A stretch of DNA of 48,385 bases from positions 1-48,385 of the IMG/VR virus record IMGVR_UViG_3300030372_004824; one strand, given 5' to 3'. The DNA is from a virus. Taxonomy: Duplodnaviria > Caudoviricetes. Made by a program: the position numbers and the translations under genes. The notes beneath the pieces were generated by a model. The model was not told where the DNA came from. It worked only from the letters and a program-made list of their open reading frames with translations, and ran no database searches. Shown here one piece after another: positions 45,501 through 48,385 of this stretch (position 1 is the stretch's first letter; every line of letters begins with the position of its first letter).

Positions 45501-47978
45501 TATATTACATTAGATGGTAGTGAAAGCATGGTATTCCTTTATAAAGCTACAAGATTACCTGATAATATTTCCTTACAAATAGGCTCTAGTGGTGATTTGC
45601 TAATACAACACGACGCTACAGATAGCACAATAACAAATGCTACTGGAGATTTAAAGTTTATAAATAATGCTAACGATAAAGACATTATATTTCAAAGCGA
45701 TGACGGCTCGGGTGGAGTAACAGCATATTTAACACTAGATGGTAGCGAAACTACAGTTAATGTAGCTAAAAAATTAATAGTTGATACTGGAAGTGATAAT
45801 CTTGTTGCAGAGTTTAAAAGTTCTGGCGATAGTATTGGTGAAATTAGAATAGCTGATAACTCTAAATACACAAGATTATTATCTGTCGGTACACAATTTA
45901 AAATAATGCCTAATGATGGTGATGAAACAGTTGTGTTTGATGGTACTACAACAACATTTAATGGAACTGTTACGGTAGGTCAAGACGACACTGGTTATGA
46001 TGTTAAGTTTTATGGCGCAACTACTAGTAGGTTTTTACACTGGGATGAAAGCGAAGATTACTTATTATTTAGAGATAATGTTAAAGGTGTTTTTGGCAAT
46101 GGAGCTGATTTAAAACTATACCATGATTCTAATAATAGTTATATAGAAAACGGCACTGGTAATCTATATATTATGGCGCGTGCTACTGACGCAGATATAT
46201 CATTTCAAAGTGACGACGGTTCTGGTGGAGATGCAGAATATTTCAGAGTTGATGGTGGTGCAGAAACAACTATATTTAGTAAACCTATTAGAGTTCAAGA
46301 CAGTACATCTATAGAGGTTGGTAGTGGTGCTGATTTACAAATATCGCACAACGGAACAAATTCTTCTATAATAAATTATGTTGGTGAATTAAATATTACT
46401 AACACTACTGATGATTCTGATATAAACTTTTCTTGCGATGATGGTTCTGGGGGAACTACAGCTTACTTAACTTTAGATGGTAGTCAAAAAGACGTAGATT
46501 TTTCAGTGCCAGTAAACTTTGGTGCAAGTGGTGGTAGTGCTGGACATGATGTAACGTTTTTTGGTGACACTAATGGATATGATATGTTTTGGGACACAAC
46601 TCAAAACGCTTTAAGACTTGACGATGGTGTTAATATATATATAGGTTCTGGAAATGATTTAAAAATAAATCATGATAGTAATAATAGTTATATAAGCCAA
46701 GAAGGTACTGGTAATTTATTTATTAGAAATACAACCGACGATGCTGATATAATATTGCAATCAGATGATGGGTCAGGTGGTGTGACTGCTTACTTAACTT
46801 TAGATGGTAGTGCTGGGTATACTCAAGCTTATAAAAACATTAGATACCGAGATAACGTTAAAGCAGAGTTTGGAGATGGAGGAGATTTAGATATATATCA
46901 TGATGGCAGCAACACTTATATTACTGATGGAGGCACTGGAGATTTATATATAAGGCAAACTAGAGATGATGGTGATATACTTTTCCAATGTGATGATGGA
47001 AGTGGTGGCAATGCTACATACTTCTCTTTAGACGGTAGTCAAGCTACACATGATGGCAGCGCTACAACAGCATTAGCCACAGTATTTCCTGATAATAGCA
47101 AAATTCATCTTGGTAGTGGAAGTGATGGTAGACTTTGGCATGACGGCTCTCACACATATTTGCAAAACACTACTGGTGATTTAATAATACAAAATTTTGC
47201 AGACGATAAAGATATATTATTAAAATCAGACGATGGTAGTGGCGGTACGACTACTTATATACAGCTAGACGGTAGTTCAGCTAAAGTATTAGTTAATAGA
47301 GCTTCTATTTTTTATGATACTATAGAAATGGCTAGTTACTTATATCACAATGGCGATACTGACACTTACATTGGTTATAGCGCGGCTAACACGTTTGTGG
47401 TTAATACTGGTGGTAGCAATAGACTTACTATTACTGGCACTAACGCAACTTTTACAGGTAACATAATAGTAGCAGATGATGGAACTATAGGCTCTGCCTC
47501 TGATACAGACGCTATAAGTATTGATGACAGTGGTGTTGTAACTTTTTCAAGTAGAATAAAAGCAAACGTAAGAGAATTTGAAGTAGCAAGCGGTTCAGCA
47601 GGTGACGCTAAAGGTGATATAGTTTATTTTGGTAGTACAACTTCAATGACTGCTGGTAGTATATATCATTATAAATCAGATGGTACTTGGGAGTTAGCAG
47701 ATGCTAGCGCTGTTGCTACTTGTGATGGGTTGTTAGCAGTTGCTTTAGGTGCAGCATCAAACACAAATGGTATGTTGCTTAGAGGTATGGCTACACTTAG
47801 CGCAGATCCTGGAGCTGTTGGCGATGTGTTATTTGTTTCTGAAACAGCTGGTAGAGCTACAGCAACTGCACCTACAACAAACAACGCGGTAGTTAGAGTC
47901 GTTGGTTATTGCTTACACGCTACTAATGGTAATATATGGTTTAATCCAGACGGTACGTTTGTAGAAGTTACTGCGTAA
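42561..47978 (+). CDS. Long fibre protein (1805 aa) with modular repeats and a C-terminal DUF2190/cement-like domain
   Basis: 11 copies of D.DI.F.SDDGSGG...Y..LDGS within 65-75-aa modules; C-terminal GDIVY...WELADA...GDVLFVS..AG.AT.TAP...VRVVGY. Confidence 0.75.
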   Translation: MSKKFHSDISFPDDNKIKLGTGEDAEIYVNNDELIIQNTTSDKDIVFNINDGGSTVEAIRIDAENSRIGFFNSSPSKVVSITGTFQASGESFFNNFDVTNTSSASRFRDGHVVHFNTNRTANIFTTSDDLYITNGEDDKDILFRCDDGSGGVLTYLRLDGSEKTIQINVPLNVGEDTSGHDVRFYGAATGEQMLWDTSESQLKINHDTDDYGLGIFTVSSAQMTQPQLKVGRDENQYWGVYTADRNAVLIHRQDETSGTIKTIFQQWDSNTSDTTGVWQWQHGDGSGSSLSTAMTLTQAGALSMSSIDVQGDANLAGATTVGGTVLGTSAKFGRDADNLIDFTTDNQIDFRVAAGHRLRLTQTALAPITTDAVSLGTSSLNFSDLFLDSGAVVNFDNGDVTLTHSGNNLAIAGGNLEFTGYGFVMDGNTITGIDDSGEFTNDDNHIMTSAAVEDKILGYSYTANALPLSGGTMTGNITVDEADDVLFTNASNDQYSMSSTETKLNAMPFPLDFHDVLAFGHNYTITQEISTDGTNFSSMTLESNVFDLRTDTSVTVIDGSLATEEQATRYTFTNVAYVAAQFLKICFTYVSSAADVTVTVDTSSDGFSSDSTQRHQSTVSSTSAKTVYCYLDGHGGDSHMRVTLDKGNNTDNKNVQVSSIQLLTRRHGDQGQGPEYNVPYAYDYDRNINLYGSLDLVDGKVLKLGSSDDLQIFHDATDTNMNNYTGDLYIRNYADDKDIIFQSDDGSGGVTEYFRLAGNEARSIFSRNVLFNDSTNLLFGGGGDMYINHNGTNNYIVSQNGDLEIQNTADDKDIIFKSDDGSGGTTEYFKLDGSSATHDGSANTSAYTQWPDNSIISLGSAKDFSMYHNGTKTLFNNTTGNLEIRNSADDGDIIFQSDDGSGGTETYFFLDGSSATGNNEYTVWPDDSVIALGASKDMQLYHDGSKSWIYNNLGNLEIRNTTADADIIFSNDDGSGGETAYITLDGSESMVFLYKATRLPDNISLQIGSSGDLLIQHDATDSTITNATGDLKFINNANDKDIIFQSDDGSGGVTAYLTLDGSETTVNVAKKLIVDTGSDNLVAEFKSSGDSIGEIRIADNSKYTRLLSVGTQFKIMPNDGDETVVFDGTTTTFNGTVTVGQDDTGYDVKFYGATTSRFLHWDESEDYLLFRDNVKGVFGNGADLKLYHDSNNSYIENGTGNLYIMARATDADISFQSDDGSGGDAEYFRVDGGAETTIFSKPIRVQDSTSIEVGSGADLQISHNGTNSSIINYVGELNITNTTDDSDINFSCDDGSGGTTAYLTLDGSQKDVDFSVPVNFGASGGSAGHDVTFFGDTNGYDMFWDTTQNALRLDDGVNIYIGSGNDLKINHDSNNSYISQEGTGNLFIRNTTDDADIILQSDDGSGGVTAYLTLDGSAGYTQAYKNIRYRDNVKAEFGDGGDLDIYHDGSNTYITDGGTGDLYIRQTRDDGDILFQCDDGSGGNATYFSLDGSQATHDGSATTALATVFPDNSKIHLGSGSDGRLWHDGSHTYLQNTTGDLIIQNFADDKDILLKSDDGSGGTTTYIQLDGSSAKVLVNRASIFYDTIEMASYLYHNGDTDTYIGYSAANTFVVNTGGSNRLTITGTNATFTGNIIVADDGTIGSASDTDAISIDDSGVVTFSSRIKANVREFEVASGSAGDAKGDIVYFGSTTSMTAGSIYHYKSDGTWELADASAVATCDGLLAVALGAASNTNGMLLRGMATLSADPGAVGDVLFVSETAGRATATAPTTNNAVVRVVGYCLHATNGNIWFNPDGTFVEVTA
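42996..47246 (+). repeat. Dispersed coding repeat containing DDGSGG, 11 copies
   Basis: Counted directly in the translation and checked in the DNA. Confidence 0.9.
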
Positions 47979-48385
47979 TGGCTATAAATAAAATAAACTC
48001 AATAGCAATAGCGAGTATAGCTAAAGTAAGTAGTTTAGCAAAAGCTAGTATGGCTAAAATAAATAGTGTTGTTAATGTTTTGTTTGCAGATAATAATGCT
48101 GTAGCAAAATCTATAACAACTGGTAGCGGTCAATCTGTCCATATAGCTGAAACAGAAGCTTATAGCTTAACACAAGAAAACGCTTTTACTATTGGCTTTT
48201 GGATAAAAGCTGGTTGGGATAATAATCTAAATACTAATATACATTTTCTTGCTATGAACGATGGTAGTAGCACAGCTAGAAACCAACAGATAAGAATTTT
48301 TTATAACGAGTCTAACAATAGATTAGAGTTTAGAATAGGTAGTGATACTAATAATAGATCTGTAAATTTTTGGGCATTGCACTCT
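47978..48385 (+). CDS. Partial ORF, probably containing a LamG/ConA-like domain
   Basis: TAATG-coupled start; MAINKINSIAIASIAKVSSLAKASMAKINSV... then AFTIGFWIK and NRLEFRIG; open to the window edge. Confidence 0.6.
   Translation, partial: MAINKINSIAIASIAKVSSLAKASMAKINSVVNVLFADNNAVAKSITTGSGQSVHIAETEAYSLTQENAFTIGFWIKAGWDNNLNTNIHFLAMNDGSSTARNQQIRIFYNESNNRLEFRIGSDTNNRSVNFWALHS

Larger units (their letters stand above)
1..48385 (+). mobile_element. Bacteriophage genome segment: packaging, head, tail, ejection and fibre module of a podovirus-like Bacteroidota phage
   Basis: Contiguous same-strand TerL-portal-scaffold-MCP-tail-ejection-fibre genes with minimal intergenic space and no housekeeping genes. 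Confidence 0.95.

Noticed and set aside
37634-47246. Periodic repeats considered as a CRISPR array or a DGR template/variable repeat pair
   Set aside because: The repeats are in-frame protein repeats differing at synonymous positions. There are no identical direct repeats with unique spacers, no adenine-specific mismatch pair, and no reverse transcriptase or cas gene in the window.
476-47884. All minus-strand ORFs in the track (e.g. 476-991, 2098-2421, 28877-29290, 34026-34337, 41905-42270)
   Set aside because: They are antisense shadows of well-supported + strand genes, with no motifs or independent expression signals
1-48385. Stop-codon reassignment as seen in some crAss-like phages
   Set aside because: Long genes are intact in code 11, and TAG (1404, 34671, 40022) and TGA (2190, 2410) end genes at sensible junctions

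Overview
All 48.4 kb is one densely packed, AT-rich, + strand gene block from a tailed dsDNA bacteriophage with a podovirus-like layout that is distantly crAss-like. The host is probably a Bacteroidota/Flavobacteriia: gene starts lack Shine-Dalgarno sites, several signal peptides end just before a Gln, and one protein has a T9SS-type C-terminal domain. Gene order is holin, small ORFs, a tandem GroES-like protein, probable TerS, TerL, portal, scaffold, major capsid, ring/tail-tube proteins, a muzzle (tail stabilization) gene split in two, a GNAT-like protein, three ejection-type proteins (the last 2670 aa), a cell-envelope module, a cluster of tiny basic proteins with a PAP2 phosphatase, and fibre genes with long internal repeats. 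The most striking element is the 2670-aa ejection protein. It appears to be a polyprotein containing a degenerate zincin motif, a sigma70/FliA-like segment, an HNH-like segment and a HAD phosphatase, with an ESK tripeptide recurring at the domain boundaries. No tRNA, rRNA, CRISPR array, integrase or replication genes were seen. All family assignments come from motif recognition by eye, not from database searches.
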